Assembly: GCF_001194135.2 (NCBI RefSeq)
Contig: NC_068994.1
Location: 35,130,811 to 35,194,810, forward strand
Reading direction: 5' to 3'
Source: Octopus bimaculoides
Lineage: Eukaryota
DNA: 64,000 nt
Of this stretch, positions 25,140-39,361 are shown piece after piece (position 1 is the stretch's first letter; each line of letters begins with the position of its first letter). The translations under genes were made by a program, and so were the position numbers. The notes beneath the pieces are model-generated. The model had not been told where the DNA came from and did no database searches. It saw only the letters and a list, made by a program, of their open reading frames with translations.

Positions 25140-28100
25140 AATTCCACACAGGTTCCATCAACCAAATTCATTCACAAAGCATTAGTCAGCCCAGGGCTAT
25201 TTAAGTAGGTGCTGTGCAGTGAAACTGAACCCAAAACCATACAGTTTCAAAGTAAGGTCTTAACCATACAGTTATGCCTGTAAGGATTTATTTCATCAAC
25301 AAATTTTGAAATTCCAGTGGGTTAACTAAGTCCATCAAGTATTTCAGGTCATGTGTCTAAGGGTTATTCTTATATCTATCTGACAGAACAGCTTTTGAAA
25401 AGACTTGAAATTCTGTGAGGAGAAGGCTAGTTGATTACATTGGCCTCAGTGCTCAACTGTCATTTTATTGACCCTGAAATGATGAAAGGCAAAGTTGACC
25501 TCAACAGCATTCAAATTCAGAACATAAAGTCAAATGAAACGCTGTTAAGTATTTTGTGTAGCAAGCTAATGATTCAGCCAGCTCACCTCCTTAACAGTTG
25601 GAAACAATGGCATCAAAACTGATCAATGCTTAAACACACAGGAACTATTTCAAGGAAGTGAGAACCAGGAAATGTACCTCACAGAGAATTAAAAATAGAA
25701 TTTTGGTGCATACAGACACATACTTATACATATATATATATATACGTGTATGTATGTATATATGTATGTGCATAAACACACACGTATTCAGATATGTATA
25801 AGTACATCTATACAGATGTACACATAACCACACAGACACATACATATATATTTATACATAACACAAACAAATATGAATATATATGCACAGACATATCTAC
25901 AAACTTAAGAAGTACACTATCAATGATCAATCAATACAGACTTACTATATTTACTGACTTCCAATTTCGCCATAAAAAAAAAAAAGAAAGAGAACAACCC
26001 CTCCTTTTCAACCAGTCTTGCACTATCTTTAATCAAAATTCTATAACACCAACATCATTGCCACCAATAAATATCACCCCTTTCATCCACCACCCCACCA
26101 ACACTGGCAATGTTCCGCTAAAAATTGGTAAGTGCAATATCTATCATAACTCATTTTCAAATTTAATCAGTAATTAAGAGCATTAAAACTATCTGGCTAT
26201 GTCTCTAAGTAATAACTGCTTCTGATTTAGGCAGAGGGACATACAAATTTTTTAAGGGAAAAGGTCAGTCAATATCGTTTACTCCAGTATTTGACTGGTA
26301 CTAATGGCTTCAAATTTTGGCACAAGGCAAGCAATTTTGAGGGATAGGGTATGTCAATTACATCAACCTCCAGTGATCAGCTGGTACTTATTTTATTGAC
26401 CCCCAAAAGGATAAAAGGTGAAGTCAACTCGGTAGAATGTGAACTCTGAACGTAAAGACTGATGAAATGCCATAAAGTATTTTGCCCAGCGTGCTAACGA
26501 TTCTGCCATCTCACCACTTCTGACTGATACTAATAATAACAATAAAAAAAGTATATCAAGTATATTTTAACAAGAGAATGCTGGTTATATCCTAAAAAAA
26601 TATTTCAAACAATAATTAAAATGAATTACTTCTACTGGTGTTTACCACTCACACCATTTTTCTCTATTTCCCACTGACCTTTCACACTCTCATAAACTTA
26701 TTTGCCCATTCATTCTATCTAATCCTCTTTACCACTGAGGGTGTGCCAGGATACAACTTCTTCACCATCACCTCTCTCTCTCTCGCCAGCATGACACCCA
26801 TTTACCTTTATCATACTCTAACTCATCACCTGGCACAAAGCCATCTCCCTCAGTACTATCCCCACTCAGTTGAGGGGTCTTGTCTTGCAAGTGACTTGGT
26901 GTCCTTGCAGGTGCTACAGCCATGTAAAAAATATCCAGTATACTTGGAAAAGTGAATGGCATTAGGAAGGGTGTTGTTACAGAATCCATGCCAAAGCAAA
27001 CAATAGAGTTTGGTGCAGTCTTCTGGTTCACCAGCTCCTGTCAAAGAGTGCAACCCATGCCAGTGTTCAAAACAGGCATTAAATGAGGATGATGATGATG
27101 AAGAAGACAAAATGGAGTTGTTAAAATTTCTTATTCTCTTACTTATACACTTTATATTCTGTCTCCAATGATGGAATACACAGTATATGGAAATGTGGAT
27201 CAACACATTGATCCATTACCTGGGATATCCAGAAACAGCTATAAGACACTATTATATCATTTTTATTTTATTTTTGCTTACTTTCTTTTACCATTATACC
27301 AATTTAAATGAATTAATAAGCTTGTCCTGCCTTGATTTTGTTTTCCTCTTCTTTGAATTACACCTACTGACTCACAGGTAGGTTACGGATCACCGAATCT
27401 CTCCCTATTGGATGGTGGCAACCACAACTTCAGACCTCATTGTGAACTTGGATCCCAGTAGCTTATCAATTGGAACACTCAAACCGCATACCTATTAGGT
27501 TACCAGTAACTTAAACTCTTCCTCTTCTGTATAATGACACATATAATTAATGTATTACATATGTCGTTAATGGTTGATGACTTGATACCGTAAGAACATG
27601 AACTATCAGAGAATGTTCTATAACAACATCAGACTAATTCTTATATCCTTCACATGAAATATATACAAATAAAAACTGTATTACTTAGCCCATCATTGAT
27701 AGAGAAATGTGAACACTAAATTTAGTGCTCAACAAATAATACACCCCCACCGCACCCCAAAAAATACAGAACATTACAAAACTTGATATCAACAGAAAAG
27801 GATAGACTAGTATCCAGTGGAAATAATGTCAATCTAAACAATATTTTCTACTCTAGGCACAAGGCCCAATGCCAATCTAAATAATAGGTAGAAATTTTCA
27901 TATCAAGTTTCACAAATAAAACAAATAAAAAAAAAAAGGCATAAATGGATATGTGAAGAATATCTTTCAAATCTAGATATTTTACAACAACACTATCTCT
28001 GAAAAATAAACTACAATATATTTGTGTCAAATAACTTGGGTCTAAACAAAATGTGTGATCCCAACAAAGTCATTACCTTCCGAAATAAAGTCATTACATT

Positions 28101-29269
28101 CAGAAATAAAAAAAAGAAACAATAAATAAAATTTTAAAAAATGAAAACATAGGCACAAACTAGCTAAGCAGTTAATCCTATTGCACCATGTTCCTGGTAT
28201 AGCAGGAATAACTTAAATGTAAAGTAGCAGTTTGCGTGGACAAGTATGGTAGTTGACAGACCTATCATTGTTATTCTACCAATTTTTTTTGTTTGTTTTT
28301 TGTTTCTGTCCATTAGTTTGTCTGCAATGTACAAATATGGTAGTTGAGAGATAGGCCTATTACTGTTATTCTCCTGATTTTTTTTCTTTTTTTTTCTTTT
28401 TTTTTTGTGATTCTGTCCACTAGTTTGCTTGCAATCATTATTCTTGAGCTGTGTATGGATTTATTTATTTATCTTTGTGATCAGGGGCCCAGGTAGAAAG
28501 TAGTGTTAGATACAGGGGCCCAAATCTGAGAAGGGTAAGAAGATGGCTTTGCAACCATGTAGTTTTGGGGTTCAGTCCCATTGCACAGCACTGCACCTAA
28601 GGCAGGTGACTTCTACTACAGTCCTGGGATGACTAATCTTTGTGGGTAAATTTGGTGGTTGAAAACTGTGTGGAAGTCCATCATATATATAAGTATGTGT
28701 GTGTGTCTGTGTGTGTCTCTTTGTGTTTGTCCCCACCACCACAAACTTATGATTAAGACATTTCAACCATGTCATCCATTTTTTTTTTTTTTTGTGACTA
28801 CAATATTTAATGTAGCTTTTCTTTAAGATGGTAAAACGTTGATTGAGAGAAATTTGGCTGCTTTTTCTAACAGGTTAAAATGATCACAGAGAGCAGACAT
28901 GGGAAACCATTTTTGAGAAGCAGGCTGTGTGAAGCATGATTCATCACTAGGTAGGCCACACAACTAAAAAACAAAAATTCAAGATAATTTTTTGTCATGC
29001 ATGTCATTCACACAGTCCCATGGGCTGCAAGTTGCCTGTGACTGAGATAAAGAGCCCTTTGTAAATTGTCAGATTGCATTTATGTAGATATGTTTAATGC
29101 ATGGTGCCCCAGCTTGACCACAACCTTAGGGCTGAAACATGCAAAAGAATAAAAGAGTCCACGTCAGTGTATGTTTGTGTGTGTATGTTAAAATACATAA
29201 AATATATACTGAAAGTAAAACAAATATAACAACAATAACAATAATCTTTATAATAATAATCATCTTTTC

Positions 29270-29660
29270 TACCATATGCATAAGGCCTGAAATTTCGTGG
29301 GAGTGGGCCTAGTTGATTACAACTCCCTAAGTGCTCAATTGGTACTTATTTTATCAAACCCCAAAACTAAAAGGCAAAGTCAACTTCAATGAAATTTGAA
29401 CTCAGAAACTAAAGAACCAGAAGAAATGCAGAGAAGCATTTTGTCTGGTGCACTAACAATTCTGCCAGCTCACAGTCGTAACAATGGTAATAATTATAAT
29501 AAAAATAATCCTTTCTACTATAGGCACATGACCTGAAATTTTGATGGAAGAGGGGTAGTTGATTACATCGACCCCAATGCATGACTGGTATTTTTATCAA
29601 CCTTGAAAGGATGAAAAGCAAAGTCAATCTAGGAAGTCTTTGAACTCCAAACATAAAGAT
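29270..29660 (-). mobile_element. Two tandem SINE family B copies
   Basis: Two successive CTTTCTAC(C/T)ATA(T/G)GCA...GAACTC units at 29270-29477 and 29501-29660. Confidence 0.8.
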
Positions 29661-29679
29661 AGATGATGATGATGATGAT

Positions 29680-29828
29680 GTGACACATAAAAGGCACCTG
29701 TGCCAGTAACATGAGAAAGGCACTTGTGCCAGTGGCATGTAAACTGCACCCATGGCAGTGACATGTAAATTGGCACCCCACTGATGACATGTAAAATGGT
29801 ACCCATGCTGGTGACATGTAAAAACACA
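29680..29828 (+). repeat. ~26-bp tandem repeat x6 of a GTGCC-N3-GGCACGTAAAAAGCACC-like motif within a retroposon 3' region
   Basis: CATGTAAA-like cores at ~29686, 29710, 29736, 29762, 29788 and 29815, followed by the GGAAGGGCATCCAGCC tail. Confidence 0.75.
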
Positions 29829-30506
29829 CTCAGCATACTCTGTAAAGTAGCTGGTATTGGGAAGGGCATCCAGCCACAGAAACCAAGCCAAAACAGAAGA
29901 CTGAAGCCTGAGCAGCTCTCCAACTTAACAGCTCTGGTCAAACTATCTAACCTATGCCAGCAATAAAAATGGACATCAAATGATGATGATAATGATGATA
30001 ATTACTATAATAATAATGACTACAAAAGGAGAAAATAACATTAAATAATGTAATAAACTGATGAAGAACAAGAAGAAACAAAAAACAAGACAAAAATAAT
30101 AAATAGAGAAAAAAAGTTGATTATTTAACCCAGCATTTTATAACCTGGCATTTTCTAATGGCAGAGAGTAAAGTAAAATAAGAATGAAATGAAATAAGAC
30201 AAAATAAAATAAAATGAACAATAGCTGAAAAGTGAAGAATTGGAAATTTGCCAAGAGGGGAAGTGCCAACAGATTTTATCAAGGTTCCAATGGAAATAGT
30301 TTGGATGTGATCAAGGACATTTTAAATTTGTTTTATGAGAAAAAGAATGAATGAATATATGAATAAATAATGTTAATCAACAGGTAAAAAAAAAAAAATA
30401 CAAAATTGTATTATGCGTATGAGCATGTATACATTTGTGGGAGTTTCTATATATATATACATATATATGCATATGTGTGTATATATATATATAGATAGAT
30501 AAATAG

Positions 30507-30587
<81 letters not shown>

Positions 30588-33500
30588 TATTTATATATAG
30601 TTTTTATTACAGCCGAAAAAAAAAACTCCACAAATTATCACTCAGAGTTTCACGCTACTGTTTGTTGGACAGTTGTGTGATCATACTAAATTAAAAATTC
30701 TGATGGTACATGTAATATAATATATGATGTAATACAATTCAACAAATAAGCAATTAAATTTGATTGGGTGACTGATTTTCAGAAACATAATGGTGTAGTC
30801 TTGCTACTAGTGAGTAGGGGGATAGAACTTAATGGTGAAATTTATAAATATTTAATAATAAAATTGTAAAAAATCTTGTGTAAAAGCGAATGAAAATGGG
30901 AGGAATATATCCAGAAAATTAGGAATTGCAAATGATTAATTAATAATTAAATGGAACAATTGGATTGCAAATTGGGTATTTAAAAGTTGAGATTATAATA
31001 AGCAATAAATGAGAAATTAAATGAATAAACAAGTGTGCAAAAAATATATATCATTGCAAATGAAAGAAAAAGAAAGAGAAAGAAGAAATGATAGCAATAT
31101 TGGACAGGTAATTGAATTAAAGCAAGACAGAAAAAGGTGACGTTGAGGAAGGAGAAAAAAAACAAAGAAGAGAATTGGAAAAAAGGAGGCCAGAGAGAAC
31201 GAGGAAGCAACTGATATGGGTTATATAAGGGGGAGGGAGAAATAAGTTAGTAAGTTTATGAATGTTTTGTAACCAATGTGTATCGAAGGTATAATTAAGT
31301 AGAAATAGTAAGGTTTAAGAAGATTATAGAAAATATTAGAGAACAATGCATGGGCACACATATACAGCAGAAAGACTAGTGGAAGGTGTGTATATAGAAA
31401 TATATATATATATATATATAAACACACACCCAAATTAAAACCCCTAAACCTGTATGCTTGCACAAATATATACATGTATACTGTATTTAAACACAAGTTT
31501 AAATACAGTATACAAGTGAAAGAGAAAACTGCATTGGTATATGCTTGTGATATGTATGAAAGATGTCAGTTGTATAAGGAAGTGCCAAGCACTCCAAATG
31601 ATAGGAATTTGTGGAAAAAAGAGAGCTAAGAAGCCATAAAGAACCATAAAGAACCTTTCATAGGTGATGACAAAGGTTCTTGAGTGGTGACACAGGGTAC
31701 TGGAGCAGATTTGCCCATCAATGTAACAACAGTGAAACATATTTAAATAGTAGTTGTAATGAAGATTAAGAAAAAGAAAATTGACATTTGGGTTTCTTAC
31801 CTAGGGCCCCTAAAACAATCTGGGAAAACAAAATGCTTTAGGGCACCAGGAGTGGTGCTTTACTCTAAAGTCAAAGGATGTGCGGTTATTTTTGTTTTTA
31901 GGAAGGTGTCTGGCAGATTGTCAAGGAGCCCTCCCTTGCTCTACAGATCGTTTACTGGTTGAATCCCATTCTTAAGTTCTGCTCTCACCACCATCTACAG
32001 TTCTTCCTGTTTCTTTGCTCCAGTTCATCTAATACTCAACTTCTCTGTTTGTGTAACAAGGGATAGCACTGGAGTTGTGTATATTTGTATATGCTACAAG
32101 AATAAACTGTTGTCACCCAACATACATATCTTGCATTATGCTGTCTATGTAACAAGAGACGGTATTAGAACAGTTCATTTCAACACCCTTACCATGACCA
32201 GTCTTCACTTTATTATTTGCCATCATTTTATTAGGTGTCATCTCACTGTATTCTAACCATTCCTTTATTGTTTACAATCACTTATAACCAAGGATGACTT
32301 GATAGCATGTATGATGCTCTCACTAATAGTTTTAGGAACCCATTCAATTGTGAGCAGACACAAATATCCTCTTTGCTCCCTCTGATCCCTGACCCTGTAG
32401 TACATCCAGGGTGTAACAAATGAATGGGAAGAAGGCTGCACCAGCATGCACTGGTATTTCATTTATTGATCCCAGAAGGATAAAAGACCAAGCTAACCTA
32501 GGTAGAATTTGAACTCATACTAATGACCTGACACAAACGCTTACAACAGAGAGGGTTCTACAAAAAGTTACTAAGGGCTAGATTTTAAACCAGTTACAGA
32601 ATTGTCTACCATCCCCTCAAAAAAATCAATGGTTTCTCTCTCATAAGCTTCCATTTACAAAGTTTTGGTCAACTCGAACACCCAAAGTGCCACGCAGTGG
32701 ACTTGAACCTGTAACTATTTGCAGGCAAAGTGAACTCCTGAACAACATGGCCATGCCTGCACTCACTGTTATTCATTTTTTATTCCAAGCAACGACATGC
32801 AAGGACATAACTGGACTGGAATGCTACTACTGTATTTGTGGCCAACTGTTTTGTTTTAACCCATAATCTGCTATTGTCTTATTTCTTCATTTATGTGCAT
32901 GCATGTGTGTGTGTCTGTGTCTGTGTGTATGTGTGCGCGCATTTGAGTGTGCATGCATGTGTTTTATAATATAATTATGTTTGCTAGCTTCAGTGTGTAA
33001 AGTGTAGTATTTTATGACACTTCATAAAAGCCAACAGAGTTCATAGAAACTGTTCTCCTGTTCTATCTTTCTTCTGGACAACTATAGATAGATAGACAAC
33101 AAAAACGATTGCATAGCTGAGAATATTAGAAAACACTTTATCTAAATCATATTTTTTTATGTATTGTGTCTTGTTGCTTGTGTGCGTGTATGTGTGTATG
33201 TGTGTGTGTGTGTTAGTATTGACAAAGCTTCTTGTCACAATTCAGAAACTTTATAATCATTTCTTCTTTCCACCCTACCACTAACCATTTTCTTTTTTTT
33301 TACATTTTTTTTTTCATCTTGTTGTGTGTACTTTCCCAGTCATCCATTCACTCCCTCTCCAGATAATAGACAGGCCTTTGTATCCCTTGAGTTAAGACTA
33401 GTCTATTATTTCTTGAAGGGAACCACACAGTGGACATCTGGCAACCTATGAGAGAAGCCTAGTTTATTAGATTTCAGCTATACTCAACAGAGGGGGGGGG

Positions 33501-34013
33501 GAATCTATAGAGGAAGCCAAGGCAAAAATAAATAACTAAAAAACAAATAATAAAAGTACAAGATAAAAAATAAGATAAAAAGATTAAAAAAATTATAAAC
33601 ATCAAGTTGTATAACTTGACAGTATTGTGTGCAGTGGTTATACACTTTTGTAAAAAAAAGGAAGCCGTAAATATATAAATAAATAAGTGCGTGTGTGTGT
33701 ATATATCTTTTGGAAATATGGTTTAGGTTTTATAGCCTATATAACAATAAAGAAAGCAAGATTAAAAAACATTATATATCATGTGTGTGCATATGCATAA
33801 TTATGATTGTTTCTGTGTGTATATGTGTGTGTGTGTGTATTCATATTTCTATGTTCATGTATGTATTTGCATTTATGTATATTCATATGTAAATGTTCAT
33901 ATTTGCATATTTATGTATATGTGTATATGTGCATGTATGCTCATGTGTTTGTATATATGTACGTGAGAAGGTATGTATGTGTATAAGCATATATGTATGC
34001 ATCTTTGCATGTA

Positions 34014-34058
<45 letters not shown>

Positions 34059-36057
34059 ATTTATATATACAGATAGATATACATGAATGTATGTCTCTGT
34101 ATGTATATACATACGACCTGCACTATGTGTATAGAGAAATATATTTTTTTGAATATAAGTGAAAGACCATAACAAAACAAAATAAAAAAGGAAAGAGGAA
34201 GATAAGACAGGATAAAAATATATAGATATTTGAAGTAAAGTAACCCTGCCCCCCTACCTTAAAAAAAACCCAACAGAAAACAAAAAAAAAGACACACACA
34301 CGCACACACACCGCTCAAAAAAACAAACATAAATCAATATGGAGTTGCAAAAAAAAAAAAAAAAAGAGATGTTTAAACCCAACTGAAAAGTGTTAAGCTT
34401 TTCGAAACAAAACACATCTGATGGATGGGATAAAATGCAACTGGCCACAAACCGATCCCAACACATTTGCATGACAGTACAGTACTACTCGCACCAGTGA
34501 AATTGTCTTCATACACACAAACTACAGATAAATCACCTTCTGCTGTCTTGCTTAACTATCTTTTCACGTCAGTTGAGGCCTATTCATAAATGTCACTCTC
34601 CTGGCTTTTTACCACCACCACCATGACCGCCAAGCCCACCACTGCCATCCCCATCATCGCTCTTATTTCATTGTTTTTTGTTTTTTTTTTGCATTTATCA
34701 TTTTTATTATTATCATTATTACATTCATTATTATTATTATTATTATCATCATTTGCCAGTATATAGGGTTTATAGCCAGTAAATACATATGATCCATTGC
34801 TTCATACACAGGTTTTTATTACCAGCTTATAACAGGGTTTTCACCTCCTCCACTCCACTAATTTTTATTTATTTATTTATTTATTTATTATGTTTAGCTT
34901 CACTGAAAAAAAAAACATGTAAAAAAATGATTTGAAAACAATGAAGGAATATGATAGTGCAAAAGCAAAAGACAGAATAAACAGTTTAAAATCATTTTAA
35001 ATTTAATTTCATTTTAAATTCTATTTTTTTCCCTTTTTTTTTTGTAAACACCCTTTATGTAACTTAATGTCATTAACTGTTAAATTTAATTTGTTCCTTA
35101 AGTAAATTGCTGTAAATTTTAAACTATCAATTAGCACCAATGTCATAATCCCTAACACAGCATTTTTGCTTTTTGTTGTTCTTTTTTGGTCTTTTCGTTA
35201 TGAGGGAAGGCAGTGTCCAAGATCTTTTACAGGACTAGTTGAAAGGAAAAATGTATCGTGTATCCTTAAACCAGAGATCAAGTAAAAATGCTTGCAACAG
35301 AGAGTACTCTGTTAAAAGTACCCCAAGGTGAGGCAGAGGTGTTAAGCTGAGAGATGGATTAGGATTAAGTCTACAACCTATGTAGATTGTACTTATTGTC
35401 AGGATTTGAACTCAGGTGCAAAGAGCCAAAACACACACTGAAAGGTATTTGGTCCAATGTTCTTCAGTTCTGTCAACTGCCCTGGATTAGCACTCAATTT
35501 ATCAACTTCAAAAGGTCGAAAGCAAAATTGACCACAATAGAGCATTTTTGTCCAACATTCCAATAGCCCTGCTAATTCTCCATCTGTATAGGGAAAATGT
35601 GTGTATATGTAATAATGTGTGTAAATGTGAGTAGTACTGTGTGTAAACATATTACTGTGTGTGTGTGTGTGTGTATGTAGTAATGTGTAGATGTAAGTAG
35701 TAAGGTCTGTAAACATTTAGATGTAATTATTTACATATATTCATAAATGCATACGTATTAGCACACACATACACTCACACAAATATACATGCATGTAGAC
35801 ATACATACACAAATGTAAGGATAAACATATACATATTACCATACACTGATAGGTTAAATATACAATAAATGGCAGAATATAAAATGTGGCATTCAGACCA
35901 TCACCAAGAATGCTAACAAAGCAAAAGAAAATAGGAAGATCAAGGAAGATATGGGAAAGAGTGTTGAGGTAAGATCATAGGGTATAAAGTCTCAGACAAG
36001 ATAAAACAGTACATTATTTACATTTGATGGATATCTGTCCTCATCTTGTTTGTTGTT

Positions 36058-36103
36058 AACGCAACATTTTGGCTGATATACCCTCCAGCCTTCATCAGGT
36101 GTC
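36058..36103 (-). ncRNA. Decayed minimal type-I hammerhead ribozyme (Penelope-like)
   Basis: Minus strand: GACAC CTGATGA A GGCTG GAGGGTATAT CAGCC AAAA TG T T GCGTT. The CUGAUGA core and stem II are intact. GAAA reads AAAA and ACGU reads AUGU, both CpG-type transitions. Confidence 0.6.
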
Positions 36104-36178
36104 TTGAGGAAATTTTGAACCTGGGTTCTCATTCCTAAGGTATTTTTCTATGTTATTATTATTATTATTATTATTATT

Positions 36179-36308
36179 CAGGTCACTGCCTGGAATCGAA
36201 CTTGGAATTTTGGGGTTAGTAGCCTGGACTCTTAACCATATGGCATAGTGGTTAAGAACGCAGGCTACTAACCCCAAAATTTTGAGTTCGATTCCAGACA
36301 GTGACCTG
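36179..36308. repeat. 60-bp inverted repeat of tRNA-like SINE heads with a 10-nt loop
   Basis: Arms 36179-36238 and 36249-36308 are complementary at 53/60 positions. The right arm has A box TGGCATAGTGG and B box GAGTTCGATTCC. Confidence 0.9.
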
Positions 36309-36339
36309 TACATTCAGAAAAAGAAAGAGTAAAAAGACA

Positions 36340-36775
36340 TATATCAGCAATAATAACTCTTTATAAATTTGGCACAGGGCCAGTAATTCTGAATGGAGGG
36401 ATAGTTGATTACATAGATCCCAGTACTTGTCCGGTACTTTATTTTATTGACCCTCAAAGGATGAAAAGCAATGTTGACTTTGGTGGTATTTGTACTTAGA
36501 ACACAAAGTGTGAGAAGAAACGCTGCCAAGCATTTTATCTGACACAATCACGATTCTGTCAGCTCACCACTTTTCATAAATAATAATGATAATGATGATG
36601 ACGATTTCAAATTGTGGCACAAGGCCGGTAATATATTGGGGGAGGGGGTAAGTCAACTTGTACTTTTTTTTTTATCGACCCCAAAAGGATGAAAGGCAAA
36701 AGTGGACCTCTGCGGAATTTGAATTCAGAACATAATGATAGAAGTTTGCTGCTAAGAAGTTTTTGCCTGGCAGTA
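36340..36775 (-). mobile_element. Two tandem SINE family B copies
   Basis: Two AAATT(T/G)TGGCACA(G/A)GGCC...GGATGAAA units. Confidence 0.75.
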
Positions 36776-39009
36776 TTGCTCTATACCTGGCAGTATTGCC
36801 AATCCAAAACTTTCTGGAAGTTATCCATATTCATGGACCAGGTGATGTGTTGTGTTCTTGAGTCAAACACATCACTTCTCATTGCTCTAGTCCACTCAGC
36901 TGTAGAAATGAGTTTAGCCTGAAGAGGGATGGGCTCTGCCAAGCTTTCTTGCCCAAGATATGGTGCATGGCTGCAGTACCCTGATGACCCAGTAGGTTTA
37001 AGTACTTGTCATTGTCGATGTCTTCCACCAGGGAAACATATGATGCAGTGCAGCAAAATCCAAAAGAACATAACTGAAAAATAGGGACCCAACTAGAGAA
37101 AAGCAGTAATGACACTCTTGGGTCAAGAACAGTGGAGAAAACTCATCAATGGCCTATGCTCCACAGTGAGCAAAGGGATTGGGCCTAAGTTCTGACAGTG
37201 CTCAAAGTTTCTTTCTTTTCTCTTTCAAAATAGTGGTCATCTGTTCCTTATTAGGAACAGGATTGCTGGGATCTTTCAAGCATCTAGAAGCTTTTCTTGG
37301 AAATTCCCATTCTTTAGTATCTGTGGCTGTACTAGGGGCACTACCTTAGAAGGTTTTACTGGATCCTCTCAAGTACCGATTTCAGTCTGGTGTTTATCCA
37401 GTTATATCGAATTATTTCTGTCGAAGAATTAAGATTTTTTATTTTTGTTTTTTTTTTAAACAATACCAGCTTTAATTGGCAGTACTGTTTCAAACACTTA
37501 AATGCATACTCTCACTCTCTTCTTTCTCTCACATATATGAAGGGCTTCTACACAGTTTCTGTCTACCGATTCCCAATCGCAAAATATTGGTCCATGAAAA
37601 TGTTACAGTAGAAAACATGAGACTATGGTGCCATGCATTGAAACCAAGCCCAGAACAACATGGTAGCAAAGTGAACTTCTTAATCAGGTGGCAATTCCTG
37701 TGACAAATTACCATTCTGCTGGTAATACAAATGTGTATGCTCTGTGATACAGCAACTAATAATTTGCTCTATTAGCTTACACACATGAGCTAAGTAGTAT
37801 TTCTTACATCTCGTAGCATGTCATTTTCTCAACAGAAAATAACACAAACAATAACGATTCTAGAAATAGTTTTTTACATTAGCTATGGCATTTTGCAAAG
37901 ACACACACACACACAAACAGTCATATGGATAGACAGGTGAACAAACAAAAATATAATCTTAAAATATACTTCAATAAACTGACAAAAGTTGGGTGGGGGA
38001 TACTTAGGAAGGAGGACAGCAAGTTTGCCTCTTTCAGAACCTCCAAAAGTGGAGGGAAATGGGAGAAGTTTTTTTAGACTAGAAACCTGGTCAAATTGCT
38101 TGTAAGAGAATGGACTCTGCTATAGTACCCAAAGACTAGCTAGTGGCAATGGATTAAACCTGCCAGAAGAGAACAGAAAAGGCTCCAGAATCTGACTTCC
38201 TTATAGCTTCCATCAAACAAATTTCACTCAAAAGAATTTGGTCAACCAAAGGCTATCATAGAACACTCTCACCAACAGGCCCATGCAATGGGATTGAGCA
38301 CAAAATGAAATAATTGCAATATTTCTCCTTAACCCCACAACTACACCAGCTTAAATTTATATAAAGGGAATAAATTATACTGTATTAGCATATATTAAAA
38401 TATTATATGATATAATACAATATATTGTGTCTATATATGTATAGATGTGGGTGTGTATGTAAATGGTGGGTCACAGGGGTGCCAGTGAATATCAACAACA
38501 ATTTGTGGTTGAATAAAAGCAGCAAACCCATTAAGAAGATTCAAACCACACATCTCTTGATTACAAATCAAACATACTAGCATTTACACTATATGAATAA
38601 ATAAATACATACATAAATATATCTATACACACACGCACACACACTTGAGCACATAAATATATTTGTCTCTATATACACATATATCTTCAAATATGTTCAC
38701 GTTTATGTAGACATGAGTTTATCATAGCTTTATCTATCCATCTTTCTATCTATATATATATATATATATATATATGATTACATACAAACTCACAGATAAA
38801 TATAAGTAGACACAGATATACATATATGTATATTGCATGTGTGTGTGTGTGTGTGTGTATGCATTACCTGTGGAAGAGGTATATATATTTGAATAGTTAT
38901 ATTTTTTATGCATATTTTGTGTGTGTGTGTGTGTGTGTGTATAAAAGATATGCATACATTTATGAACTGCTATATGTATTTTTTATACATGATTTTTATT
39001 TCGTATACA

Positions 39010-39040
<31 letters not shown>

Positions 39041-39281
39041 ACAAAATAAAAAACACATAACTATTCATAAATATATACATATATTATACAGGTGTATATA
39101 CATGTGTATGTATTTATAACAATACATAAATATATACACGCATACAGGAAAATACAAGAAAAAAGCACATGCATTAACAGATGCACACAAAGGATAGTGT
39201 TGAGTTAATCAATGAACTTCTTTGACATTGTTTATCATGAATATATAATGGGGTGGTAAAGGAAGAAAAGAAAAAAGGGAT

Positions 39282-39361
<80 letters not shown>

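Noticed and set aside
27376-27526. Minus-strand GTGAGT donor at ~27375 with an upstream CAG
   Set aside because: All three frames from the candidate acceptor contain stops, so it is not a coding exon. A non-coding role cannot be assessed.
36241-36308. Possible tRNA gene
   Set aside because: It has A and B boxes but no proper acceptor or anticodon stems, and is part of a repeat. It is a SINE-type head.
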